A stretch of 64,000 nucleotides of DNA, taken from positions 1 to 64,000 of the forward strand of contig JBDTZG010000024.1 of the NCBI GenBank assembly GCA_040005235.1. Direction: 5' to 3'. This DNA comes from Acidobacteriota bacterium (lineage in GTDB: Bacteria > Acidobacteriota > Thermoanaerobaculia > Multivoradales > UBA5704). This document shows, piece by piece, positions 29,186 to 39,438 of the stretch; positions within the stretch are counted from its first letter, which is position 1; every line of letters starts with the position of its first letter. A model generated the notes under the pieces. It saw nothing but the letters and a program-made list of their open reading frames with translations, did no database searches and was not told the DNA's origin. The translations under genes and the position numbers were made by a program.

Positions 29186-30144
29186 TACCGGCCCCCTTGT
29201 TCGATCAGATATTGGTAAACCGCATGGACGTCGGCGTCGGCCGGCACGATCGATTCGACCGCGAGGTTGTTTTCGAGCACGATGCGATTGAGCAGCAGGT
29301 GGAATCCGTCCGCGTCTTTGGTGCTGACCAACAGGCCGCGGCGGTCGTTGGTGATTCGTGCTTCCACCACATGGTCATATTCGAACAGCCGCGAGGCGAG
29401 CAGCGACGGTTTGTCGCAGCGGATCATCACCTGGACCGGATGCTCCTCTTCCATCTCGTCGCGCACTCCGCCGATCTCGCCTTCGGCGACCACGTAGCCG
29501 CCGTTCAGCAGCACCACCTGGTCCGAGATGAGATCCACCTCGTGCAGGATGTGGCTGGAGACCAACACATGCTTGCCGGCAATCGAAAGCTCGCGGAACA
29601 GGGCGATCACCTCGGCGCGGGCCATCGGGTCGAGACCATTCAACGGCTCGTCGAGAATCAGGACGGACGGATCGTGCGCCATCGCCTGGGCGAGCTTGAC
29701 CCGCTGGCGCATGCCTTTGCTGTAGCCCGCGACTTTTCGGCCGCCGGCTTCCGTAAGGCCCACCCTGTCGAGCGCCTTGACCGCTCGGTCTTTGGCGTCC
29801 GATGCCGAGAAGCCGTAGACGCGGAGTAGTAGCTCGACGAACTCGAAGCCGGTGACCCCCGTGGGGAAGGCGTCCACCTGGGTGGCGAAGCCGATCTCGC
29901 GGAACATGGTCTCCGGCCGGTCGGGCGACAGGCCGCGAACGCTGACCGTGCCCGCGCTCGGCCGCAGCAGGCCAACCAGGAGGTTCATCAGCGTCGTCTT
30001 GCCCGAACCGTTCGGACCGACCAAGCCGGTGATGCCGGGCGGGATCGTCAAGTCGATCCGGTTGACGCCGAGCACCTCGCCATAAAACTTCGAGACGTTG
30101 TCGAGAACGATCTGATCGTTCGTGCCTTTCGTCGTCGCGCTCAT
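29185..30144 (-). CDS. ABC transporter ATP-binding protein
   Basis: GPNGSGKT, YSKGMRQR, LILDEP, SSHIL. Confidence 0.93.
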   Translation of the reverse strand: MSATTKGTNDQIVLDNVSKFYGEVLGVNRIDLTIPPGITGLVGPNGSGKTTLMNLLVGLLRPSAGTVSVRGLSPDRPETMFREIGFATQVDAFPTGVTGFEFVELLLRVYGFSASDAKDRAVKALDRVGLTEAGGRKVAGYSKGMRQRVKLAQAMAHDPSVLILDEPLNGLDPMARAEVIALFRELSIAGKHVLVSSHILHEVDLISDQVVLLNGGYVVAEGEIGGVRDEMEEEHPVQVMIRCDKPSLLASRLFEYDHVVEARITNDRRGLLVSTKDADGFHLLLNRIVLENNLAVESIVPADADVHAVYQYLIEQGGR

Positions 30145-31007
30145 CGCACCACCTCGTAGGCGCGCAGGCGCGTTTTGAGCAGCCAGAGGAAGATCAGGCA
30201 GCCGCCGATCATGGTGATCCAGGCGAGGAAGAGCGGATGGTCGTCGGGCGGCCGGACGCCGAACAGCGATGCCCAGACCGTGGCGCTCGCGCCAGAGGCG
30301 TCGAACAGCTTTCCAAACGACAGGCCGAGAATCCCGCGGACCGCTTGACCGAACGCCGTGCCGATGAAGAACAGCATGAACAGGGCGATGCGTGCGACCG
30401 GCTTCCACTTTACCCAGGCGGAGATCGCGAGAGCGAAGAGCGAGAGGAAGAGAATCCAGATCCAGCTGCCGATGAACAGGGCAGAGGCGATCTGTAGATT
30501 CTGCCCCGCCCAGTGGGGCTCGAGGTACGCCTGAAATCCCCAGAGCAGCAGGCCGGGCACCCAGGTGACCAGCGACATCAGGATCGCCAACACGCAGAGC
30601 TTGCCGAGCACGTATTCGGCGCGCGAAAACGGCCGCGCGAGATAGAGCGGCAGCCCATTGTTGCGCAAGTCGGGCGCCACGAGGGCAGGGCCGACGAACA
30701 GCGTGATGATGAAGCAGAGACCACTTTGAAGCGTCATCCCGCGCCAGAAGAACTGGGCATCGATCGGCAGAATCTCGTTCAGCTTCTCGGCCGTGAGGCC
30801 GACGAACTTGAGCGCCGACAGGTTGTGATGCAGGTAGATGATCAGCAGCCCGGCAAACGGCACGGCGAAGCAGAGCGCGAAGAAGATTGCGAACAGCCGG
30901 CTTTTGAACACGTCCGAGTAGGCATAGCGCGGCAGGATCAAAAACCGGCGCTTCTCGGGCGTGAGCGTGCCGGAATATGGGCGATAACTACGTTCGAAGA
31001 CGGCCAT
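30141..31007 (-). CDS. ABC transporter permease
   Basis: TM helices; DLRNNGLPLYLARPFSRAEYVLGK. Confidence 0.85.
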   Translation of the reverse strand: MAVFERSYRPYSGTLTPEKRRFLILPRYAYSDVFKSRLFAIFFALCFAVPFAGLLIIYLHHNLSALKFVGLTAEKLNEILPIDAQFFWRGMTLQSGLCFIITLFVGPALVAPDLRNNGLPLYLARPFSRAEYVLGKLCVLAILMSLVTWVPGLLLWGFQAYLEPHWAGQNLQIASALFIGSWIWILFLSLFALAISAWVKWKPVARIALFMLFFIGTAFGQAVRGILGLSFGKLFDASGASATVWASLFGVRPPDDHPLFLAWITMIGGCLIFLWLLKTRLRAYEVVR

Positions 31008-31011
31008 CGGG

Positions 31012-31953
31012 CTACCCCTCCATCGCCTTCAAGAAAATGTCTTCCAGCGAATCACGGCGATAGTCGAGATGACGAATTTGGACCGAATGATCGGCCGCCG
31101 CCTGGTAGAGAGCGCGGACCTCGACACCCGGGGGGAGGACGAGCTTGATCCGCCGCCGGCTGCCTTCGGCAACCTCGCAGCCGAGGCCGTCGAGCGCCGT
31201 GCGGAATTTCTGCTCGTTGTCGTTGTCGGCGCGCAGCTCCAACTCCAGAAAACTGCGGTTCGCACTACGTTCCGCCTCCAGGTTGCAGTAGGTGGCGATC
31301 TGGCCGTTTTTAAGCACCAGGACCTCTTCGCAGCACTCTTCCACGTCGCGCAGCAGGTGGGACGAAAGGATTACTCTGACCTGCCCCGCGTCGCGAATGT
31401 CGCGGATCAAATGAAGCATGCGGGAGCGGGCTGGCGGATCGAGCCCGTTGGTCGGCTCGTCCAGAAACAAAACCTTGGGTCCGTGGACGAGAGCCTGGGC
31501 GAGCTTCGCGAGCTGTTTCATGCCGAGCGAGTAGCTGTCGACCGGGCGATATCGCGCCTCGCCGAGGCCGACGTAGAACAGCGACTCGTGCGCCCGTTCG
31601 AGCGCCTGCTCGGGCGGCAGGCCCGACAGCTCGGCCATCAATCGGACGAACCGGACGCCCGAGAGTCCGGCGACGAACGCGTCGTTTTCCGGCATGTAGC
31701 CCATCAACGCGCGAATATCGCGCCCTTTGCTCCGGATGTCGTGGCCGAGCAGCCGGGCGGTGCCGGCGGACGGCGCGTAGAAACCGAGCAGGGTGTGCAG
31801 CAGAGTGGTTTTGCCGGCACCGTTCGGCCCAAGCAGGCCGATCGAGCGACCGGTCAATTTCGCGGTAAGCCCGTGGAGGATTCGGCGTTTGCCGAGCGTG
31901 ACCTCCAGACCTTCGAGGTCGATTACGGGTGTGGTTTCGGTCATGGGAAGCAT
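31012..31953 (-). CDS. ABC transporter ATP-binding protein
   Basis: [26 protein letters not shown]. Confidence 0.93.
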   Translation of the reverse strand: MLPMTETTPVIDLEGLEVTLGKRRILHGLTAKLTGRSIGLLGPNGAGKTTLLHTLLGFYAPSAGTARLLGHDIRSKGRDIRALMGYMPENDAFVAGLSGVRFVRLMAELSGLPPEQALERAHESLFYVGLGEARYRPVDSYSLGMKQLAKLAQALVHGPKVLFLDEPTNGLDPPARSRMLHLIRDIRDAGQVRVILSSHLLRDVEECCEEVLVLKNGQIATYCNLEAERSANRSFLELELRADNDNEQKFRTALDGLGCEVAEGSRRRIKLVLPPGVEVRALYQAAADHSVQIRHLDYRRDSLEDIFLKAMEG

Positions 31954-32000
31954 CTCCTCGACAGACGAACAAGGCGAACGAAAAATCAGCCCCGAGAAAC

Positions 32001-32032
32001 AGGTAGAGGCGCAAGCTACTGCGCCTCTACCT
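32001..32032. repeat. GTAG-type REP-like hairpin inside the operon
   Basis: aggtagaggcgca-agctac-tgcgcctctacct, perfect 13-bp stem. Confidence 0.7.
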
Positions 32033-32077
32033 ACGGTATTTACGTTGGGGTGTTTCTGATCTTACCCGACTCGGGAT

Positions 32078-34783
32078 TTAGGAGTCGCCTCCGTCGTGGC
32101 CGCCCATCGAACGAAGGATGCTCGAGAACCCGGTGAGCAGCTTCAGGTTGTCGCCCAGCGGACCGTTCACCGCGTTGCTGCCGAACAGAATGCGATTCTC
32201 TTCGGCGTAAGCGTAAATCGCGCTCGGACCCTGGCCGAGGAACGACCGGAGCGGATTGGCCTCATTGCTGTCGAGCGCCTTCTGCGGAATGAACTTCGCA
32301 CCCTGCTTGGCGAGCGCTCCTAGATCCTGGAACACCAGGGCCGAAACGTTCACCTGTCCGTCCGTGCCCAGCAGGTTGCGCAGACGCTCGGAGCGGCCGA
32401 GCGTGGCGCCCGAGTCGCGGCCGGCGAAGGCCCGTTCGATCAACGTCCGGGAGGGCGCGGCGACCAGGAAGCCCCCTTCGAACGCGTAGTGAATCGACAT
32501 TCCCAGGTCATCCGAGTTGATCGCGTGCCAGGTGCGGCCGCCGCTCGTCTCGGTCGTCAGGGTCACTCCTCCCTTACCGTTCTTCGTCAGCTCCCGGTTC
32601 AGCCGTTCGACCGTCAGCTCGATCGTGTGCTCTAGAGTGTTCGGGTCGTAAACCTCGGCCACGAACTTCCAGGACGGTTTCGGCAGCACCGGTCCGTCGA
32701 GCGCCAGGGCGAACTCGCCGCCGAGCGGAGCGACCACGTCGTCGCGCAGCCGGAATCCCTCTTTCGCTTCGGCCGCACTCAGCTCCGCGGCGAATTTCGG
32801 GTTGGCGGCGAGCAGCTCGTCGAGCAGCATCGCCGGGTTCTTGACTACGAAGGCCGCGGCGGCATTCGCGTCCGGCGAGACGAAGTCGAGCGCCCGCATG
32901 GGAGCCGGCTCCGCGAGCCAGGCCGCGACGCCGCGACGCGCTTGTTTGAAGGTCAGGACGGCCCGGGTTTCGGTCCGCCCTTCGACGTCGCGACGTTCGA
33001 CGATGAACTGGTCGAGGTCGAGAATGCCGAGAGTCTCGGCGATGTGGTGGTCATCGGTGTTTTCGCCGTTCGTGACCGTGGCACTCTGGCCGATCAAAGA
33101 GGCGAGGTCGGCCGAGAAGAGCCAGCCTGCGCCGTCCTGATAGGAGGCTGCGACGCGATTGCGGAAGGCCGAGGCGACGAACGGATTTCCGCCCGCGGCA
33201 TTGGTCGTCACCTGGTTGATCAGCGCGGCGCTCGGGCTTGCGACGAACAGATCAGAGCCGATCCAGAGCAGCAGCTCCTTGTCTTCGCCGGGGGCCGTCA
33301 CGGCCGGCAGGCTCTCGACGATCCGGATCTTGTGGGAATGCTCTCCGCCTTCACCGTTCAGCCGTTCGATCTCGGCGGCGAGCGCCGCGCGGAAGGCCGC
33401 TTGATTCTCGATCTCTGCGGTCAACACGGGCTCGGCGTCGGAGCTCGCTCCGGTGCTGTTCTTCCCCACTGCGATCGCGATCTCCGGTCCGAGGTGGCTA
33501 CCCAGCTCGGAGATCCGGTCGATCAGGTCGTGGACCTTCTGGCGCTCGGCGTCGGAGGAGAAGTTGTCCTGCCACCACTGACGCAAGGTCTCGCTCTCCG
33601 CGAGCTTCTGGTCGAGCAACGTTTGAGTCTCGCCCAGGTTCTTGGCGAGGTTCGGTAGCGCGATGAACACCTTCGTGTCCGCGGGAGACAGATCGAGCAG
33701 GCGGGTCGAATAGCGCAGGCCCGGACGCTCGATCTGAGAGTCGATGTCGGCGCTCGCCGCGGTCAGCTCGGCGAGGAGCTGGTCGTACTGCTTGGCGTTC
33801 TTGCTCCAGGCGATCTCTTGGGTCACCGGAACGGTCGAGAGGCTGGCCGCCGTCACCACCTGGCCGCCCGGGTGCAGGATGTTCTCGCGACCGGACTGGT
33901 TGACGTGGACCTCCCCCTCGACCACCGCGACGCGCGATCCCTTGGTGCCATGGTTGACCGAGAAAATCGTGCCGGTGACGGCGACCAGGCAATCTTCGGT
34001 CTCGACGTACAGGTGATGCGGGCGCTGCTTGGCGGCTTGGACGATGATCTTGCCGCGCTCCAGCTCGATCGTGTTCCCCTTGCGGCCGGCGTCGAGCGAC
34101 AGACCGGCGCGCTCGCTCATTTCAATCACCGAACCGTCGGTCATCCGGACGAAAGCGCGCGAGCCTTTTGCGGTGCGGATCTCGTCACCTTCTTTGATCG
34201 CGGCTCCCGCGCCGAGCTGGGCGGTCTGCTCGCCGTCGATCCGATACAGGCTCCCTTCGATCGCCTCGACGCGCGCCATCTGGCCGCCCGAGATGAAGAA
34301 GTCCTGCATCAGGAAGATGCCCGTGCCGAGCGCGGCGACCAGCACCGCGGCCAGGGCGTACAGGGTCCGGCGGTCCCGTCGCTGCGGGATCTGGACGACA
34401 ACCGGAGCGTTGTTGGTTCCCGATAGCGGTTTGCCCTCGCGGGCGGTGCGCAGGGCGCGACGGCAGGGAACGCAGCTGCGCGTGTGGTCTTCGACCAACA
34501 GGGCGCGGGCGGCGGGCAGCTCTCCTGCGAGGTACGCCGGGATCTCCGCCTGGAAATCCTCGCAGCCGCGCAGCGGCGAGTGGACCGCATGGATCGTCGG
34601 TGTCGGAGCCTGGGGAGTAAAAGTCTCCTCGGGGGCGACGCCGGTCGCGGCGAATTGCGCCAACTTGCTTCGCACGCGGGAGGCGGCGGCAGCCATTTCA
34701 TGCTCATCGACTGGAGTGGATGCGATCTCGGAGATCGCCTCGTCGAGGCGGGCTTCATCGATGCGGTTCATAAACAGGCTCAT
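32078..34783 (-). CDS. Anti-sigma factor: zf-HC2, TM helix, FecR domain and large extracytoplasmic (DUF3352-like) region
   Basis: C...HTRSCVPC zinc finger, TM helix, [10 protein letters not shown]...RVAVVEGEV FecR motif; coupled to the ECF sigma gene. Confidence 0.85.
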   Translation of the reverse strand: MSLFMNRIDEARLDEAISEIASTPVDEHEMAAAASRVRSKLAQFAATGVAPEETFTPQAPTPTIHAVHSPLRGCEDFQAEIPAYLAGELPAARALLVEDHTRSCVPCRRALRTAREGKPLSGTNNAPVVVQIPQRRDRRTLYALAAVLVAALGTGIFLMQDFFISGGQMARVEAIEGSLYRIDGEQTAQLGAGAAIKEGDEIRTAKGSRAFVRMTDGSVIEMSERAGLSLDAGRKGNTIELERGKIIVQAAKQRPHHLYVETEDCLVAVTGTIFSVNHGTKGSRVAVVEGEVHVNQSGRENILHPGGQVVTAASLSTVPVTQEIAWSKNAKQYDQLLAELTAASADIDSQIERPGLRYSTRLLDLSPADTKVFIALPNLAKNLGETQTLLDQKLAESETLRQWWQDNFSSDAERQKVHDLIDRISELGSHLGPEIAIAVGKNSTGASSDAEPVLTAEIENQAAFRAALAAEIERLNGEGGEHSHKIRIVESLPAVTAPGEDKELLLWIGSDLFVASPSAALINQVTTNAAGGNPFVASAFRNRVAASYQDGAGWLFSADLASLIGQSATVTNGENTDDHHIAETLGILDLDQFIVERRDVEGRTETRAVLTFKQARRGVAAWLAEPAPMRALDFVSPDANAAAAFVVKNPAMLLDELLAANPKFAAELSAAEAKEGFRLRDDVVAPLGGEFALALDGPVLPKPSWKFVAEVYDPNTLEHTIELTVERLNRELTKNGKGGVTLTTETSGGRTWHAINSDDLGMSIHYAFEGGFLVAAPSRTLIERAFAGRDSGATLGRSERLRNLLGTDGQVNVSALVFQDLGALAKQGAKFIPQKALDSNEANPLRSFLGQGPSAIYAYAEENRILFGSNAVNGPLGDNLKLLTGFSSILRSMGGHDGGDS

Positions 34784-35412
34784 GACTGACCTCCTTGATG
34801 CGACGAAAGCTCTTTCTGCAGCCGATGGCGAGCACGATGCAGGATGACGGCTACAGCGGTCTGGGAGCAGGAGAGCATCCGGGCGATGTCCAGATTGCTC
34901 TGCCCTTCAAAGTAGCGAAGCGTGAAGATTTCGGCCTGGCGCGGTGACAGTTGGCCGACCGCGGCGCGTAGTGCCAGGGCCAGCTCGCGGTTGCCGCGGC
35001 GGCGTTCGGGACTCTTGCCGGGCTCGTCGGCAAGGCTTTCGGCCACGTCGTCGAGCGCCACGGCCTTGGCGCGTTTCCGGCTGCGCGCCAGATCGAGCGC
35101 CGCGTTCACCGCCGCCCGATGAAGATAGCTCCCCACCTGCTCAGTGAGGTCCAGCTCCTCCCGGCGGGCGAGGCGAAAGAACACGGTCTGCATCACGTCC
35201 TCGGCGTCCGAAGCATTGCCGGTGATGCGATAAGCGGCCCGGTAGACTCCCTGGTGGTGCAGCTCGAACAGTCGTTCAAGCGTCGCTGGAACGGGCTGGC
35301 CGATGGGTTGGCTGCCGGCCCGGGCGATCGGGGCTCCCCCCGGGGGGGCGGTGGATACGGCGATTGGAGCGGTTGCCTGCACGGTGTCGTCCCTCCTGAT
35401 GTCTCCACTCAT
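34780..35412 (-). CDS. ECF RNA polymerase sigma factor
   Basis: AYRITGNASDAEDVMQTVF, YLHRAAVNAALD, LSPRQAEIFTLRYFEG, LHRARHRL. Confidence 0.93.
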   Translation of the reverse strand: MSGDIRRDDTVQATAPIAVSTAPPGGAPIARAGSQPIGQPVPATLERLFELHHQGVYRAAYRITGNASDAEDVMQTVFFRLARREELDLTEQVGSYLHRAAVNAALDLARSRKRAKAVALDDVAESLADEPGKSPERRRGNRELALALRAAVGQLSPRQAEIFTLRYFEGQSNLDIARMLSCSQTAVAVILHRARHRLQKELSSHQGGQS

Positions 35413-35524
35413 GGAACGCACCTCCCGGGAGAATGTTACGCCCGGCTCCGAAACAACGCCTCAAGGGAGAGGAAAGAGGGATCAAAGGGGGATCAAAAGG
35501 CGCAGAATGGAGCCCTCGCGTCCG

Positions 35525-35542
35525 TCCAAAGCCCGGGTACCC
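35525..35542 (+). repeat. Left copy of an 18-bp inverted repeat (tccaaagcccgggtaccc)
   Basis: Exact reverse complement of 38213-38230. Confidence 0.8.
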
Positions 35543-35573
35543 CGTTTTTCGCTCGAACTGGAGGAAGAGCCCC

Positions 35574-36446
35574 ATGCTCCTCAACTACCTCGATTCGGCC
35601 ATCGGCTTCATCGTCGTCATCCTGATGTTTTCCCTGGTGATCACGATCCTGGTCCAGATGGTGGGCGTTCTGCTCCAGCTGCGCGGCAAGAGCCTGCTGC
35701 GGGGGGTGGAGCTGCTCTTCCATGAGATCGACCCGGACCTCAAGAGCCAGGCCAAGGCTCTGGCGGATCAGGTGCTACGCCACCCGGCGATCGCCGAAGA
35801 CACGAAGCGGCTGGCTTCGGCGCTCCAGTCCCATGAGCTCAAACTGGTGCTTCAATCGCTCGCCGAGGCCGCCGATGCGAATCCTCAGCTCAAGAAGGCG
35901 CTCGACGAACGCCGCGCGACGGTCTTCGGCAGGATCGACGACTGGTTCGAGTTGGTGATGGACCGCGCGGGCGAGCGGTTCAAGATGAACACCCGCTGGG
36001 CGACCACGGTTTTCGCGGTCATCCTGGCCTTCGCCCTCCAGCTCGACTCGATCAGCCTGTTCCGCCAGATTGCGACCAACGCCGACCTTCGCGCCCGGCT
36101 GGTCTCGATGAGCGATTCCGTATCCGAGACGAGCAAGAAGGTGCTGGAATCGCCAGCCGTCCCCAACACGGAACAGGGTCTAAAGGAGCTCACGGACCGA
36201 GCCGCCGAGGTCAAGGCCGAAATCGAAAAATCCCAGCTCCAGCTGGTGCCGAACCCCTGGCGCCTCTCGGCTTTCGACAACATACGGAGCTTCCTCGGCC
36301 TGATCCTCACGATTTTCCTGCTCGGCCTGGGCGCCCCCTTCTGGTTCAAGGCCCTGCAAAACTTGGTGGGCCTGCGCCACGCGGTCGACCAGAAGAAGGA
36401 CCAGGACGAAGAGGCCGAACGGGCGGCTTTGGCGGCGAAGAAGTAG
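35574..36446 (+). CDS. Hypothetical membrane protein
   Basis: GGAGG RBS; LDSAIGF TM helix, DWFELVMDRAGERFK, GLGAPFWFKALQNLVGLR. Confidence 0.75.
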   Translation: MLLNYLDSAIGFIVVILMFSLVITILVQMVGVLLQLRGKSLLRGVELLFHEIDPDLKSQAKALADQVLRHPAIAEDTKRLASALQSHELKLVLQSLAEAADANPQLKKALDERRATVFGRIDDWFELVMDRAGERFKMNTRWATTVFAVILAFALQLDSISLFRQIATNADLRARLVSMSDSVSETSKKVLESPAVPNTEQGLKELTDRAAEVKAEIEKSQLQLVPNPWRLSAFDNIRSFLGLILTIFLLGLGAPFWFKALQNLVGLRHAVDQKKDQDEEAERAALAAKK

Positions 36447-36534
36447 AGGGGCTGCGAAGGAGTCTGCCGATCCGGCCACAATTTCCAACAGGGGGTGGAG
36501 CAAACTCCGCTCCCTGTGCCTGCCCTTCGTCTGC

Positions 36535-36873
36535 TCAGCGCGTCAGCACTGCTCCCGGTAAATCCAAGGAAGATCCCGCCAGCGATCCCGCCGTCGTCAG
36601 AAGCTCGACAACTCGCTTCTGAGCATCGCCTTCCGAAGCGAGAAACTCGCCCGTTGCGACGAAGGCGTCCGCCAGGGGATTCTCCGAGGCTTCAGGGAGA
36701 AGGGTGACACCAATCTTTCCGTCCCTGCGATACTCCACGACGATGTGACGCACGCCGTCGCGGAAATCGAGCCACGCCGAGGCGGCGCCGCCATTGACCG
36801 GAACTTCGAGGTGACACTGCGAGCTAGGGAATTCGCGATGGAGGGAGGATGCTAGATTCTCGATTGGATGCAT
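36535..36873 (-). CDS. Small hypothetical protein (putative antitoxin/immunity partner)
   Basis: MHPIENL...AWLDFRDGVRHIVVEYRRDGKIGVT; overlaps the upstream small gene. Confidence 0.55.
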   Translation of the reverse strand: MHPIENLASSLHREFPSSQCHLEVPVNGGAASAWLDFRDGVRHIVVEYRRDGKIGVTLLPEASENPLADAFVATGEFLASEGDAQKRVVELLTTAGSLAGSSLDLPGAVLTR

Positions 36874-37231
36874 CTTTCCAAACCTCCTGGCCATCCGCCC
36901 CTCGCTTCAGGAGCTGGACTCTACCTATTTTTACGGTCACCAGCTCAAACGCGCCGTTGGGCGCAATGAACGTCAGGTGGCCAGTGTGTCGATATCGAAG
37001 GACTCGAGAGTCCCCGGCAGACGGCCGGAACCCGTCTCGCAGGGGCGGGCACATACGCTCTCCGCACTCGCGATAACCGGGATCGAAGGGAACGCCCGAG
37101 AACTCGTTCTCGACGGCATTGAGGACGTTCGCGATCAGATCGAGCGCTTCTTCGAACGAAGAGGCGGCAGGAGCTTCGTCCAACCTTCGGCAGAATTCCG
37201 TAAGCCGCCAGACCTTGTCGCGGATCGAAAT
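36824..37231 (-). CDS. Small hypothetical protein (putative toxin), probable ATT start
   Basis: GGAGG 8 nt before an in-frame ATT at 37231; RLTEFCRRLDEAPAASSFEEA..LNAVENEFSG..RMCPP..GHLTFIAPNGAFE. Confidence 0.55.
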   Translation of the reverse strand: MSIRDKVWRLTEFCRRLDEAPAASSFEEALDLIANVLNAVENEFSGVPFDPGYRECGERMCPPLRDGFRPSAGDSRVLRYRHTGHLTFIAPNGAFELVTVKIGRVQLLKRGADGQEVWKDASNRESSILPPSRIP

Positions 37232-37521
37232 TTTCCAGTCCTCCGAACGAGAAAGCAGAATTCTCCGCTAGGCCATAAGCGCACCGATCCGCGATTACCC
37301 GGCTTGCCTCAAAGGACCGGTTGCAGCGGCTTTTCACGGTTCTATGCTCCCCACCCGGAGGGCGGAAGATCAACCATCATACGACGGAAAGTGCTCCTGT
37401 TCTGCTGAATTTTTCGCCCGTCGGCCTGGAGTACTCCCAAAGAGCGCCTCTAGGAGGCAGTATAGAGCTCGCCCGACTGGCGCGTGGGAGGCCGGGCGAG
37501 TACGATTCCGGTGAGGATACT

Positions 37522-38208
37522 ATGAGCTTACCGGCCGTCATCTTCGAAGAGCGCCTGCGTATTCCGAGCGAAGTTCATCGCCTCGCGCCGTTCCGCCTTT
37601 GGTGCGCCGGGACCGAGTTTCCCGAAGAGGGTCGAATAGATTTTCTGGCCGGCAACGTGGAGGTGGACATGAGCCCGGAGGACCTCCACACCCACGGCAC
37701 GGCGAAGACCGAGGTCGCGACACGCCTTCAACTTCTGCTCGCCGATCCGGGCCGCGGCGAGGTGTTCATCGATCGGGCTCGCGTGGTCTCCTCAAGAGCC
37801 GATCTTTCGGTTGAGCCGGACATCGTGGTCGTCCTCGGCGAATCGCTCGCCGCCGGCCGGGTTCGCTTCGTGCCCGCGGCCAAAGATCCAACCCGCTCCT
37901 CAGAGATCGAAGGCGCGCCGGATTTGATCGTTGAGATCGTCAGCGACTCTTCCGAAAAGAAGGATACCGCCCGCCTGCCGCGCCTCTACGCCAAGGCGGG
38001 AGTGCCGGAGTTCTGGACGATCGACGCCCGCGGGCCGAAAGTACGGTTCTCAATCGACCTGCTCGCCGGAGCCCTCTACCGGCGACAGGAGCCCGACACC
38101 GACGGCTGGATTGATTCGCCGCTCCTTAGGCTGCGCTGCCGCCTTTCGCGCGAACGAACCGCGTGGGGAAGTTGGCGCTATCGGTTCGAAACGGTCGCGC
38201 GCGGTTGA
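37522..38208 (+). CDS. Uma2 (DUF820) family endonuclease-like protein
   Basis: VEPDIVVV, GAPDLIVEIVSDSS..KD...LYAKAGVPEFWTID. Confidence 0.9.
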   Translation: MSLPAVIFEERLRIPSEVHRLAPFRLWCAGTEFPEEGRIDFLAGNVEVDMSPEDLHTHGTAKTEVATRLQLLLADPGRGEVFIDRARVVSSRADLSVEPDIVVVLGESLAAGRVRFVPAAKDPTRSSEIEGAPDLIVEIVSDSSEKKDTARLPRLYAKAGVPEFWTIDARGPKVRFSIDLLAGALYRRQEPDTDGWIDSPLLRLRCRLSRERTAWGSWRYRFETVARG

Positions 38209-38212
38209 GGCC

Positions 38213-38230
38213 GGGTACCCGGGCTTTGGA
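38213..38230 (-). repeat. Right copy of the 18-bp inverted repeat
   Basis: gggtacccgggctttgga is the reverse complement of 35525-35542. Confidence 0.8.
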
Positions 38231-38425
38231 AGACCCGCGAAGGCGCAGTTTCTCCTCGCAGGATGGCCCCTCCTTCCCTCACGCTCTCGAGCAGTTCCTC
38301 GAAAAGGTCTGGTCTCATAGATATTCTGCCTCGACGGTTTTTCTCAGCGTGGCACTACGCGCTCGTCAGATCGGCTCGTTCGTTCTTCGCATCGGCGAAG
38401 AGTAGGAGCATCTTTTCACGCCCCC

Positions 38426-39430
38426 TTACCCCCGCCGCATCTCTTCCAAATACCGCCGGAAGAACGGCAACCCCGCGAGCGCGGGCACTAGGTAGCGCGA
38501 GGTGAACAGCAGGCCGAGCGCCGCAGCGGTTTGGGCGTTCAAGTAGGGGGCATACAGCGCAACTAGGGCCGCGTCTCGGGTGCCCAGGCCGGCGAAGGTG
38601 AAGGGGGTCAGGCCGGCGAGGATGGCGAGTGCTGCGAGTCCTATGTGGGCGAGGAAAGGTACGTAGGCCCGCAGGGCGAGGATGAAGATCCAGAGCTGGA
38701 CGAAGTGGAGCAGCCAGAGGCCGATTGAAATGGTCACCACCTGCGCGTGGCGGGCTGGCTCGCGGCGAAAGGTGCTCCGCGTTTCGGCCCAGGCGTCGCG
38801 GAGTTTCTCGATCTTGCCCTTCAGCTTGCCCGGCGCGATTCGCAACGCGAGCCCAAAGACGAAGCGGGCGAAGACTTCGGAATTGAGGGTGAGGAAGCCG
38901 ACCACGGTCGCGACCGAGATCCCCGCCGCGGCGAGCCAGAGGATCGCTCCTTTGCCCGGCAGGAAGAGGAGGCCGATGGCGCACCAGAGGAAGAGCGCCA
39001 GGACGTCGTAGGCCTTCTCGAACACGGTGAGCGACAGCGCGAGCGAGCCGGGGAGGTGGCCGCGCGATTTCAAGAAGAACGATTTGGCGATGTCTCCCAT
39101 TTTGGACGGCAGCACCATGTTCATCACGTCGGCGACCAGGATGAGGCGCACTGATTCCGCCACGCCGAGCGTCGTTCCGGCGGGCATCAAGCGGCGCAGA
39201 CGCCATCCTTGGACCGCTTTGATCAAAACGAGGGCGAGCTGACCTACGAGCATCCAGCCCCAGTTCGACCGGGCGAGCACGCCGCCGATCGCGCGGAGAT
39301 CGATCTTCCGATAGATCAGGGCGAGCAGCGCGAGGCTGACCGCGATCGAGATCCAGCGATTGCGCCGCGCGGCGGCGGAAGGGCGCGCGAGAGCTTGCGG
39401 CGTTTCGGCCGAGACCGGCGGTTGGTCCAC
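38426..39430 (-). CDS. Lysylphosphatidylglycerol synthase TM-domain (flippase-like) protein
   Basis: NMVLPSKMGD..K, EKAYD, PFTFAGLGTRDAA; multiple TM helices. Confidence 0.85.
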   Translation of the reverse strand: MDQPPVSAETPQALARPSAAARRNRWISIAVSLALLALIYRKIDLRAIGGVLARSNWGWMLVGQLALVLIKAVQGWRLRRLMPAGTTLGVAESVRLILVADVMNMVLPSKMGDIAKSFFLKSRGHLPGSLALSLTVFEKAYDVLALFLWCAIGLLFLPGKGAILWLAAAGISVATVVGFLTLNSEVFARFVFGLALRIAPGKLKGKIEKLRDAWAETRSTFRREPARHAQVVTISIGLWLLHFVQLWIFILALRAYVPFLAHIGLAALAILAGLTPFTFAGLGTRDAALVALYAPYLNAQTAAALGLLFTSRYLVPALAGLPFFRRYLEEMRRG

Positions 39431-39438
39431 CGCGGCCC

